DNA of 64,000 bases from Mycoplasmatota bacterium (lineage in GTDB: Bacteria; Bacillota_I; Bacilli_A; MAG-NZ): positions 1,148,615-1,212,614 of the forward strand of contig CP074575.1 in the NCBI GenBank assembly GCA_018394315.1, given 5' to 3'. Below the pieces are notes generated by a model. The model was not told where the DNA came from, did not search any database, and saw nothing but the letters and a program-made list of their open reading frames with translations. Position numbers and translations under genes: made by a program. Position 1 is the first letter of the stretch, and each line of letters starts with the position of its first letter. Below are positions 38,699 to 47,425 of the stretch, in pieces.

Positions 38699-39541
38699 AT
38701 GAATATAGCTGTTTTGAGTGGAAAAGGTGGAACAGGTAAAACCACTATAGCTGTGAATTTAGCAGTTAATAGTAAAAATGCGGTGTTGATCGATACCGAT
38801 GTGGAAGAACCAAACAGTCATATCTTTTTAAAACCTCATATAGAAAGAACTTATGAAATTAAAAAAAAATATCCTGTTATTGATACAGTAAAATGTACTC
38901 TATGTGGGGAATGTGGTGATTTTTGTAATTATAATGCAATTCTTCCTGCTAAAAACAAAGTGTTAGTCTTAAAAGAACTTTGTCACGACTGTGGGGGTTG
39001 TGAATTAGTATGTTCGTTTGACGCAATCAGTTTTGATAAAAGGGATATTGGAAAGATATATTCAGGAAAATCTCAAAATGATATTCCAATCATATATGGC
39101 GATTTAAACGTTGGAGAAGTGTCTGCAGTTAAGATTATAGAAAGATTAAGGGAAATTGTAGCAAACGAGGAATTGGTTATTATTGATTCACCACCAGGGA
39201 CATCGTGTTCAACCGTGTCTGCAGTGGAGGAAGTAGATTATGCAATAATAGTGTCAGAGCCCACTCCGTTTGGAGTAAGTGATATGAAAATGGTTGTTGA
39301 AATGCTTAGACACATGAAGATAAGTTTTGGTGTAGTAGTTAATAAATCAGGTCTTGGAGATAATGAAATATACGAATACTGTAAAGATGAAGGTATTGTT
39401 ATATTAGAAGAAATTATATTTGATACTGAAATTGCAAAGTCATATGCTAAAGGAGATATTTTAAGTTATAAGATAGAAGGGTATAGTGAAAAAATGAGTT
39501 CAATAATGAACAAGGTACTAGAGAGTGAGAATAATGAATGA
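38699..39541 (+). CDS. MinD/ParA-like P-loop ATPase with inserted 2x[4Fe-4S] ferredoxin domain
   Basis: SGKGGTGKT, DVEEPN, two CxxCxxCxxxC motifs, DSPPGTSC and EPTPFG. Confidence 0.88.
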   Translation: MNIAVLSGKGGTGKTTIAVNLAVNSKNAVLIDTDVEEPNSHIFLKPHIERTYEIKKKYPVIDTVKCTLCGECGDFCNYNAILPAKNKVLVLKELCHDCGGCELVCSFDAISFDKRDIGKIYSGKSQNDIPIIYGDLNVGEVSAVKIIERLREIVANEELVIIDSPPGTSCSTVSAVEEVDYAIIVSEPTPFGVSDMKMVVEMLRHMKISFGVVVNKSGLGDNEIYEYCKDEGIVILEEIIFDTEIAKSYAKGDILSYKIEGYSEKMSSIMNKVLESENNE

Positions 39542-40391
39542 GATAGTAATAGTATCTGGAAAAGGAGGTACTGGAAAGACAACATTAGCTGCATCTTTAA
39601 TTCCTTTCTTTGGAGAAGTTGTTATTGCTGATTGTGACGTTGATGCTCCAGACCTAGATATTTTACTCGATACTTCCTTAAAATATGAAGAAGACTTTGT
39701 TGGGTTAAAAAGGGCAAAAGTAAATAATCAATTATGTGTGAATTGCGGATTGTGTTATGAAAAATGTAATTTTAATGCAATTGATATAAATATTGAAATT
39801 AACAAAACTAAATGTGAAGGTTGTGGTGTTTGTGAGTACATTTGTCCAGTAGATGCAATTACAATGGAAGATTCAGTCGTTGGGCAAATTTTTCAATCGG
39901 GAACTGAATTCGGAGATATTGTACATGCCAAACTGATACCAGGAGAAGAGACATCTGGAAAACTAGTTGCTGAAGTAAGAAGTAGAGCGAAGGCTTTAGC
40001 AACTAAAAATAAGATCAAGAACATAATAATAGACGGCTCACCAGGGATTGCTTGTAATGTTATTTCTTCAATCACTGGTACATCTAAAGCAATTATAGTT
40101 ATTGAGCCAACACTATCAGGATTACATGATTTAGAAAAGATTCATAGTCTAGTTAACAAGTTTAGGATACCTATTTTAATAGTGATAAATAAGTGTGATT
40201 TATCACGTGATGAGTCATATAAGATTGAAAAATATTGTTTTGACAATGATCTAGAGATTGCTCTTAAGATACCTTTTGATAGAACAATAGTAGAGGGGAT
40301 TACAAAAAAGAAGATTCCTTCACTTTATAATCATGAGCTATTTAAAAGTATTGGTTTTAATGATTTTATAGATAAGCTAAAGATTAACTAA
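39534..40391 (+). CDS. MinD/ParA-like P-loop ATPase with inserted 2x[4Fe-4S] ferredoxin domain
   Basis: SGKGGTGKT, DCDVDA, two CxxCxxCxxxC motifs, SGKLV and EPT.SG.HDL. Confidence 0.88.
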   Translation: MNEIVIVSGKGGTGKTTLAASLIPFFGEVVIADCDVDAPDLDILLDTSLKYEEDFVGLKRAKVNNQLCVNCGLCYEKCNFNAIDINIEINKTKCEGCGVCEYICPVDAITMEDSVVGQIFQSGTEFGDIVHAKLIPGEETSGKLVAEVRSRAKALATKNKIKNIIIDGSPGIACNVISSITGTSKAIIVIEPTLSGLHDLEKIHSLVNKFRIPILIVINKCDLSRDESYKIEKYCFDNDLEIALKIPFDRTIVEGITKKKIPSLYNHELFKSIGFNDFIDKLKIN

Positions 40392-40426
40392 TCAAGATTA
40401 TACTATCTAAAATCTTTGATACTAGA

Positions 40427-40450
40427 AAACGCTATAAATAGCGTTTTTTT
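40427..40450. terminator. Bidirectional terminator
   Basis: AAAACGCTAT-AA-ATAGCGTTTT plus a T run. Confidence 0.75.
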
Positions 40451-40463
40451 ATATTATCTAAGA

Positions 40464-41180
40464 TTATATCCCTAGTGTTTGAAAGAAAGGGACGAATTCT
40501 TTTCCGTTCCAGTTTAATGATGTTTGAATATACCCTAAGTTATCAGCATTATATCTACCAGCAACCCTCTGGGTTGCATAAAGGCCAAATACACCATTTC
40601 TATTAAAGTCTATGGGATATAGGCCCCCAAGAGGATTGACCCAGCCCGTTACAGGATCTTTAAGAACTCCATTGACATTATATATCTCTGATAGATAATT
40701 TGGCCCTTTATATAAGATATTCAAAATGTATTTTCTATCCTTAGTATTGACTTCGACTTCGTAGTTATCTTTATATTTTATTTCATAAGTATATTTCTCA
40801 TTGAAATTACTATGATCAAATATTTTTTTCGGATTGCCTAGCACAAATGTATACACATAATAAAATGCATACCCACCAGAACCTCCTGAATCAATACTTA
40901 CTAATATGTCATTTACTCTATCTCCAGTAAAATCACCTAGAAAAACTGTAGGATTATACCCGGCGTTTTCTTCTAAAGGAATCTTTGTAACTTTGCCTGA
41001 ATCTCCGTCTTGAATTAGAAGCGTCAAGTCAGTAAGGAAAGAACTCTTTATATCTAGTCTATTACCTATTAGATAAACATGATCATTTTTTCCATCACCG
41101 CTTATATCTCCTTCTTTGTAAGCAATTATTATATAATCATTATTCTTCCTGTTACTCAAAACATAATTTTGATAATCCAA
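40464..41180 (-). CDS. VCBS/FG-GAP-like repeat protein, possibly spore-associated
   Basis: GDISGDGKND, GDFTGDRVND and IDFNRNG motifs; TTG start with SD AAGGAGG; no signal peptide. Confidence 0.65.
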   Translation of the reverse strand: MDYQNYVLSNRKNNDYIIIAYKEGDISGDGKNDHVYLIGNRLDIKSSFLTDLTLLIQDGDSGKVTKIPLEENAGYNPTVFLGDFTGDRVNDILVSIDSGGSGGYAFYYVYTFVLGNPKKIFDHSNFNEKYTYEIKYKDNYEVEVNTKDRKYILNILYKGPNYLSEIYNVNGVLKDPVTGWVNPLGGLYPIDFNRNGVFGLYATQRVAGRYNADNLGYIQTSLNWNGKEFVPFFQTLGI

Positions 41181-41204
41181 TTTTAGACCTCCTTAATATG
41201 TAGT

Positions 41205-41233
41205 ATGTTATGAGAATTTTTTTTGTTATATTA
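41205..41233 (-). promoter_or_regulatory. SigE-like (mother-cell sporulation type) promoter
   Basis: Minus strand TAATATA-14-CATAACAT versus the B. subtilis SigE pattern (T/G)(A/C)ATANN-14-CATACA(A/C)T. Confidence 0.35.
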
Positions 41234-41322
41234 CTAATTTATATATAACTAATAATATGATTTTAAAAAATGTAATTGAATAAAATTTTCTTATATAGAA
41301 AAAATAATTAAGAGGTGGTCAA

Positions 41323-42090
41323 ATGGGCGTAAGTTGGAAAGGTTCAATATCGTTCGGATTAATTTTTATACCTATAAGTTTACAAATAGCAACTAGCGAG
41401 GAGAAAATTGGCTTTAATATGCTTCATAAAGACTGTAAGCATAGAATTCACTATAAAAAAGTTTGTGAGCATTGTTTGGAAGAAGTAAAGCAAAATGAAA
41501 TAGTTAAGGGATATCAATATGAAGAAGATAAATATGTAGTATTTAATGAACAGGACTTTGAGAAAATCAAGACTCCTAAAGATAAATCAATAAATATTGA
41601 GCAATTTGTAAATCTAGATGAAATAGACACTATCTTTTATGATAAAACTTATTACGTCGTACCTACTGGTGGTGAAAGAGCGTTTGAACTCTTAAAACGA
41701 GCACTGATTGAGACGAAGAAAGTTGGTATCGCTAAAACCGTATTAGGGACTAAGGAAAGTCTTGTTGCACTTAGAATGAGTGGTGACAAATTAGTACTTA
41801 ATAAGATGTTTTTCTTAAGTGAGATAAGGAGCGTACAATACCCAATATTAAATATTGAAGTAAATCAAGCTGAGGTTAACCTTGCAAAGCAATTAATCGA
41901 AAACATGACATCCAGATTTCAACCTGAAATATATCGAGATGAATATATAGAAAAGATTAAGAAGGCTGTTAAACAAAAGATAGAAGGTAGAAAAATCACA
42001 GTAACTGAAGAGTTACCAGATAATAATATTATTAATTTGATGGAGGCACTACAAGAAAGCGTAAGGAAAACTGAAACACCTACATTATGA
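41323..42090 (+). CDS. ku: Non-homologous end-joining protein Ku
   Basis: WKGSISFGL..IP, IVKGY, I.IEQFV, YYVVP and NLMEALQ.S motifs. Confidence 0.95.
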   Translation: MGVSWKGSISFGLIFIPISLQIATSEEKIGFNMLHKDCKHRIHYKKVCEHCLEEVKQNEIVKGYQYEEDKYVVFNEQDFEKIKTPKDKSINIEQFVNLDEIDTIFYDKTYYVVPTGGERAFELLKRALIETKKVGIAKTVLGTKESLVALRMSGDKLVLNKMFFLSEIRSVQYPILNIEVNQAEVNLAKQLIENMTSRFQPEIYRDEYIEKIKKAVKQKIEGRKITVTEELPDNNIINLMEALQESVRKTETPTL

Positions 42091-43034
42091 AAGATATATA
42101 TGAGATGCGAAGTGCATCCCCTATGCTCTTGACAGATTCTGCTCCATTTGATTCAGATGAACATATATTTGAACTAAAGCTTGACGGAATTAGATGCCTA
42201 GCATATATAGAAAAAGGAAAAGTTGAATTAAGAAATAAACGAAATAAGATCTTGAATGATATATATCCTGAACTGAAATACATTCACAAATGTGTAAATA
42301 AGCGATGTATACTCGATGGTGAACTAATAGTGCTATCAAAAGGAAAACCAGATTTTTTTAAAGTACAAAAAAGAAGTCTAATGAATAATAAGTTTAAAAT
42401 AGAGTTATCCTCAAAACAAAACCCTGTAATGTTTATAGCATATGACATTCTTTACTTAGATGATAAGGAACTTATATTAATGCCTCTTCTGGACCGTAAA
42501 AAGATACTTGAGGAAATTATAAGAGAGAATAAATCAATAGCTGTTTCTAGATATATATTGGATAAGGGAATAGATTATTATAATTCCGTAGCGGAACAAG
42601 ACCTTGAGGGAGTTGTTGCCAAGAGGAAAGATAGCATATATCAGATGGGGAAAAGATCTAAGAGTTGGGTGAAGTTCAAACTCCTACATGATTCAGATTT
42701 CATAATTGTCGGTTATGTACCTAGTGAAAGCCGTGGTATTAAAAGTCTTACACTAGGTGTTTATAAGGATAAAGAAATTATTAATCAAGGTCATGTTTCA
42801 CTTGGTATCCCAAAAGATGAATCAAAATTGATTATGGAATTTGCAAGTAATCACAGACAAGATTGCCCATTTAATGAGAATGTAGAAGCAGATAATACAA
42901 TATGGTTCAAGGCAGAGTTGGTATGTACTGTAAAGTATATGGTACGTACAGAATCTGGATATTTACGACAACCAATATATAAAGGACTAAGAAATGATAA
43001 GTCAATAGAAGAATGTACTATTGATCAATTTTAA
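42087..43034 (+). CDS. ATP-dependent DNA ligase (LigD-type ligase domain only)
   Basis: ELKLDGIR adenylation motif, LDGEL, YDIL, EGVVAK, W.K.K and LRQP..KGLR.DK. Confidence 0.92.
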   Translation: MKDIYEMRSASPMLLTDSAPFDSDEHIFELKLDGIRCLAYIEKGKVELRNKRNKILNDIYPELKYIHKCVNKRCILDGELIVLSKGKPDFFKVQKRSLMNNKFKIELSSKQNPVMFIAYDILYLDDKELILMPLLDRKKILEEIIRENKSIAVSRYILDKGIDYYNSVAEQDLEGVVAKRKDSIYQMGKRSKSWVKFKLLHDSDFIIVGYVPSESRGIKSLTLGVYKDKEIINQGHVSLGIPKDESKLIMEFASNHRQDCPFNENVEADNTIWFKAELVCTVKYMVRTESGYLRQPIYKGLRNDKSIEECTIDQF

Positions 43035-43099
43035 TTTATATAAAGAAAATTGTTTATTTCAGGTTTAATTACAAAATATAATAAAAAGGAGGAATAAAT

Positions 43100-43573
43100 T
43101 TGAGAGATTTTGATAAAGATCATTTAGATAACCAAGTAAACATCGGTAATGAAAAAAGGCCAATAAGAAGTAAAGTTAAAGAATTTGCCGAAGAAGCTGC
43201 AGACAGTGTTACTGAAGGAGCAAAAAGAATTGGAAGACGAATGATAAGAACCGGAGAAACTATTGTAGATAAAACAAAACATACATCAAAAAAGGTTGAA
43301 AAATTTGCTGAAGATACTGCGCACAATGTTGCAGATACCGCTCGAAGAGTGGGGTATAAGGTTAGGAAGACTGGCGAAAATATTGCTGACCGAACAAAAA
43401 TTGTCTCAAGGAAAATTGATGAATTAGGAGATGAATTAGGTGCTGATGAGAGAATATCAGATGTAGAAACAGACAATCTAGAAATGGATAATTCTGATAA
43501 TGCTAGAGAGATGTTCATTAATAACAACGAAATGTATGAACCGTTTAAAGATGATGAAAATAGAGATTATTAA
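43100..43573 (+). CDS. Hydrophilic protein with tandem 40-aa repeats
   Basis: SD AGGAGG with TTG start; repeats KVKEFAEEAA...KTKHTSK and KVEKFAEDTA...RTKIVSR. Confidence 0.75.
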   Translation: MRDFDKDHLDNQVNIGNEKRPIRSKVKEFAEEAADSVTEGAKRIGRRMIRTGETIVDKTKHTSKKVEKFAEDTAHNVADTARRVGYKVRKTGENIADRTKIVSRKIDELGDELGADERISDVETDNLEMDNSDNAREMFINNNEMYEPFKDDENRDY

Positions 43574-43600
43574 ACTATAGTATTATAAGGAGGAATTTGA

Positions 43601-43846
43601 ATGAGTGATAAAAGAGAACCTAATGCTGTCGTGAAATCTAGTAAACAACAGTTACCAAAAGTTAATAGTACAGAAAGCAAGATGGTTATTCAGAATAAAG
43701 ACAGAGACGAAGAAATAAATAACAAAGAACAATATGTTGATAATATTGATCTCGATTACTCGGTAGTAGATAGTCAGTCTAATACTCTAAATCTAAAAAA
43801 TCTTACTTATACTGATAGGGAAAGAGAAGATAAAAGAGATTTATGA
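43601..43846 (+). CDS. Small hydrophilic hypothetical protein
   Basis: SD AAGGAGG; 81 aa; followed by a terminator. Confidence 0.7.
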   Translation: MSDKREPNAVVKSSKQQLPKVNSTESKMVIQNKDRDEEINNKEQYVDNIDLDYSVVDSQSNTLNLKNLTYTDREREDKRDL

Positions 43847-43874
43847 TTACTCTACTATTATTATAGTTTAATTG

Positions 43875-43902
43875 AAACTCCGGTAAACCTATACCGGAGT
43901 TT
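43875..43902. terminator. Bidirectional terminator
   Basis: AAACTCCGGTA-N6-TACCGGAGTTT. Confidence 0.75.
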
Positions 43903-45245
43903 TATCTATTTAATATTAGTTTTCGTATAATGAGTGGTATCTCATCATTATTTAATCCAGTATATTTAAAAATCAGCTTGTTTTCTTCACAAACGACTTT
44001 TTCTAATTTGTAATTTAAAGTTTTTGCATTCTTTTGAACCATATTTACCATACTTTCACTTTCAAATTCAAATAATAAATTTGTACCAGCTTTTGAGTCG
44101 ATTACTCTTAAATTAGGTATATTTAAATTCTTTATTTCTTCAATTATGATTTCGTTCTTTCTACTATATTGTTTTTTTATTTTTCTAATATGTCTCTCGA
44201 AGTCACCATTTTTCATAAAACTTGCTAGAGCTAATTGTTCTATCTTAGATGCTGTTTGAGAGTACTTGAATTTTACTTGTTCAAATTTTTCTAGTAGAAG
44301 AGGTGGCAGAATCATATAACTTATTTTTAGTGAAGGAAATAAGACAGTGGAGAATGATCCTATATAAATTACGTTTTCACCATTGCTTAGTCCCTGAAGT
44401 GATGGTATGGGATTGCCACTATATCTTAGTATACTGTTATAGTCATCCTCTATTATATAGTTATAATTATCTTGAGCCCATTTTATTAACTCAAGTCTGT
44501 TATTTATTGACATAATATTTCCAGTTGGGTATTGATGTGAAGGACTTACATATACAACTTTCGCATTAGTTGTTTTTAAATTATTGATATTTAGCCCATT
44601 CGTTCCATTTTCTATTGGAATTGTTTTTATATTGTAACTATCTAATATATATTTAACCCTATCATATCCTGGGTACTCATAAGCAACTTTGTTCTCCGTG
44701 CCTATGATATTCAGTAGTATTCCTAATAGTTGTTGAATTCCAGCACCCACTATAACTTGGTTTTTATGTGCGTAAACGCCTCTATACTGTCTAGTGTAAT
44801 TTATTATTTCCTCTCTCAACTTTTCTTCACCATTTACTGATGATGTGCTTAATAAATCTTTATTATTATCGGAAATAACTCGATTAAGTTCCTTTTGCCA
44901 TATTCTAAAGTTAAAAGAAGTATCAGTGATTCCCGAATTCAAGTACTTTGGATCCTCAATTGAAAAGAACTTATTTTGTTTCTTACTTAGTATTAAATCC
45001 TTATCATCTATTTTAACAACGAAGAATCCACTTCTTTCTACTCCTTCAATATAACCCTCCATTAAGAGTTGATTATAAGCGTTTTCAATTGTCGTTTTAC
45101 TTACACCAAGATCATCAACTAACCTTCTTATAGATGGTAACTTACTACCGGCAATGATGGTTCCATTTATTATATTATCTTTAATATAATTATATATTTG
45201 TAGATATAACTTTACCTTGCTACTCTTATCCAGGACTATTAGCAT
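43902..45245 (-). CDS. MocR/GabR-subfamily GntR regulator (PdxR-like)
   Basis: LYLQIY...KLPSIR.L...LGVS.TT...AY.QL wHTH plus aminotransferase-like domain (PSHQYPTG, IIEDDY). Confidence 0.9.
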   Translation of the reverse strand: MLIVLDKSSKVKLYLQIYNYIKDNIINGTIIAGSKLPSIRRLVDDLGVSKTTIENAYNQLLMEGYIEGVERSGFFVVKIDDKDLILSKKQNKFFSIEDPKYLNSGITDTSFNFRIWQKELNRVISDNNKDLLSTSSVNGEEKLREEIINYTRQYRGVYAHKNQVIVGAGIQQLLGILLNIIGTENKVAYEYPGYDRVKYILDSYNIKTIPIENGTNGLNINNLKTTNAKVVYVSPSHQYPTGNIMSINNRLELIKWAQDNYNYIIEDDYNSILRYSGNPIPSLQGLSNGENVIYIGSFSTVLFPSLKISYMILPPLLLEKFEQVKFKYSQTASKIEQLALASFMKNGDFERHIRKIKKQYSRKNEIIIEEIKNLNIPNLRVIDSKAGTNLLFEFESESMVNMVQKNAKTLNYKLEKVVCEENKLIFKYTGLNNDEIPLIIRKLILNR

Positions 45246-45247
45246 AA

Positions 45248-45297
45248 ATCTGTACCCCTCAATTTCTAGTGATTTGTATATTTATATATATACACAT
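45248..45297. promoter_or_regulatory. Probable MocR/PdxR binding region
   Basis: Direct repeats ATCTGTAC and ATTTGTAT plus inverted ATACACAT in the divergent intergenic gap, the usual MocR arrangement. Confidence 0.45.
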
Positions 45298-45341
45298 CTT
45301 TATTATACTATACGCGAAGTATATTTAAAAGGAGAGGTTTC

Positions 45342-45848
45342 ATGTCAAAAGAAATTACAACTAAGAGTCTAATGATGGGTGCTTTATTTATAGCTATAGT
45401 AACTTCATTAACATTTATTCAATTGTTTTCTGGTCCTAATGGGGGATTGGTCCATGCAGGATATATAGCATTATTTCCAATAGCTATAGTATTTGGTAAA
45501 AATTATGGTGCTATAGCAGGTGCATTCGGTATGGCGTTGTTTGATATTTTGTCAGGTTGGGCTTCTTGGGCACCGGCGACATTTGTTGTAGTTGGACTCG
45601 TTGGGTATTTTACTGGATTAATCGCTAGTGGTGGAGGCAACCAAAAAGTGAATTTATTAGCTTTAATAGTAGGTTCATTAATTTCAATATCAGGTTATTT
45701 TATTTATAATGCTTTTATCATGGGATTTGGAGTTGAATCAGCTCTAATTTCTGCAAGTGGAGATGCCTTTAAAGTATTGGTTAGTTCTATGGTAGTTATT
45801 ATGATGATACCTTCAGTTATTAGAACTAAAAATCAAATTAGTTTATAA
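45342..45848 (+). CDS. ECF transporter S component, probably vitamin B6 (PdxU-like)
   Basis: GGLVHAG, GA.AGAFGMALFD.LSGW..WAP.TF; divergent from a PdxR-like regulator. Confidence 0.75.
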   Translation: MSKEITTKSLMMGALFIAIVTSLTFIQLFSGPNGGLVHAGYIALFPIAIVFGKNYGAIAGAFGMALFDILSGWASWAPATFVVVGLVGYFTGLIASGGGNQKVNLLALIVGSLISISGYFIYNAFIMGFGVESALISASGDAFKVLVSSMVVIMMIPSVIRTKNQISL

Positions 45849-45861
45849 GTTCATAGTTTAT

Positions 45862-45895
45862 AAAAAAAAGTACACGAATATCGTGTATTTTTTTT
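45862..45895. terminator. Bidirectional terminator
   Basis: A8-GTACACGA-ATA-TCGTGTAT-T run. Confidence 0.75.
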
Positions 45896-46047
45896 CACTG
45901 AAATAATTTTTGATCTCTTACAAATTCGACTTCTTTATGAAAAGGAGGGTTCTTTTCAATTAACAATTCTCTAGCGATCTCTAAATCATTTTTTGAGTAA
46001 CCATTCTCTGTATTTAACTCTTTTTGATGGTCTTGAAATTCCTTCAT
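45895..46047 (-). CDS. Small protein (50 aa), absent from the ORF track
   Basis: MKEFQDHQKELNTENGYSKNDLEIARELLIEKNPPFHKEVEFVRDQKLFQ; SD GGGGTGA; ends at the shared terminator. Confidence 0.6.
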   Translation of the reverse strand: MKEFQDHQKELNTENGYSKNDLEIARELLIEKNPPFHKEVEFVRDQKLFQ

Positions 46048-46063
46048 ATTAATCACCCCAATT

Positions 46064-46092
46064 ATTGTATGATAATTAAATTGAAGATATAC
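46064..46092 (-). promoter_or_regulatory. SigE-like promoter for the 50-aa ORF
   Basis: Minus strand GTATATC-14-CATACAAT. Confidence 0.45.
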
Positions 46093-46399
46093 ATTTTATA
46101 TTAATAGAGTTTCTTTTTATAAATATCTATATTTTTTTTGCTGAAGAAGCAAATTTAAGTTAGAGCAAATGTGAATTCTATAATATACAAATAAAAATAA
46201 CACTTGACACTTACAATTTTGAAATAATAGTTTTAAAACAAGTCAAACTTTAATATTTTTTTAGTATCTTAAAAAGAAATTTTGAGGGTCAAAACATTCT
46301 AAATTTAAAAGTAAAAAATCGCTATATATACATACTTTTTACATATTTGATTCGGTTGAAGAATTGAATTTTACTAACATATTTTACAAATCATTATAT

Positions 46400-46437
46400 T
46401 GAAAACGCTTTACAATAAGTTAACAAAATGATAAGAT
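46400..46437 (+). promoter_or_regulatory. Promoter of the Mo-hydroxylase operon with a cre-like site over the -35
   Basis: TGAAAACGCTTTACA; TTTACA-17-TAAGAT with extended TG. Confidence 0.6.
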
Positions 46438-46546
46438 GGTTTGAGGACGAACAATATATTAAATGTACCTAATGTTACCGTGCATATGTTTATTACTTTT
46501 TTTTAGGTTGCTTTTTTTATATTAAGAAATGATAAGGAGGATATAT

Positions 46547-47425
46547 ATGATAATGAATAATTCTAGTGCTGAAAAGTTTTTCTTCGAATCGTTCAGCACA
46601 CTTAAAGAGACTAGTGAGTTTTTAGTTTCTAAAGGAAACGTAGCAATGATTAGTGCAGGATCAACTGATGTTTTAGTTCACACACAAAAAAGAGGTTTTC
46701 CGAATTACATTGTTAGTTTGAATCAGATTCAAGATTTAAATTATGTTAATGTTGATAAGAATGAGGTAAGAATTGGATCTTTGACAACATTAACAGAGAT
46801 TAGTGAGTCTCAGATAATTATAGAAAAGTTTCCTGCATTGAGCAAAGCAGCAGGTCAGGTTGGATCTCCACAAATTAGAAATAGAGCAACAATCGCTGGT
46901 AATTTATGTAATGCATCTCCTGCAGCTGATACTGCACCTGCTTTGTTGGTATATGATGCTAAACTAAAAATATTTAATCAAGGTAATGAAAGAATTGTAG
47001 AATTATCTGAATTCTTTGTAGGACCAGGTAAAACAATTTTAGAGAATGGTGATATTGTTATTGAGATAATTTTACCAATTCAAAAGAAGAGCGTTAGCTC
47101 ATTCGTTAAAATTGGAAAGAGAAAAGCCTTAGAGATTTCAATTATGAGTATGGCAATGAGTGTAGAAATTGAAAATAACATCATTAAATCAGCGAAAGTA
47201 GCTTGTGGATCGGTTGCTCCTAAACCTGTATTAATTAACAAAACAGCTAAGTCTTTAGTAGGTTTAGAAGTTAAGGATGAATTAGATTTAGTAAATGCAA
47301 TTGAGATTATCAAAAAAGAAGTTACTCCTATTGATGATATTAGAGGAACTGCAAATTATCGTCTTCATATGTTAGGCGTTACATTAAAGAGAATGGTTTT
47401 AGAACTAGTAAGGAGTGAAGCTTAA
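46547..47425 (+). CDS. Molybdenum hydroxylase FAD-binding subunit (CoxM/XdhB-like)
   Basis: AGSTD, GSPQIRNRATIAGN.CNASPAAD and PIDDIRGTA.YR; SD AAGGAGG. Confidence 0.92.
   Translation: MIMNNSSAEKFFFESFSTLKETSEFLVSKGNVAMISAGSTDVLVHTQKRGFPNYIVSLNQIQDLNYVNVDKNEVRIGSLTTLTEISESQIIIEKFPALSKAAGQVGSPQIRNRATIAGNLCNASPAADTAPALLVYDAKLKIFNQGNERIVELSEFFVGPGKTILENGDIVIEIILPIQKKSVSSFVKIGKRKALEISIMSMAMSVEIENNIIKSAKVACGSVAPKPVLINKTAKSLVGLEVKDELDLVNAIEIIKKEVTPIDDIRGTANYRLHMLGVTLKRMVLELVRSEA

Noticed and set aside
41278..41307. SigF/SigG-like promoter upstream of ku
   Set aside because: GAATA plus an A-rich -10 is too weak a match in AT-rich DNA to call.
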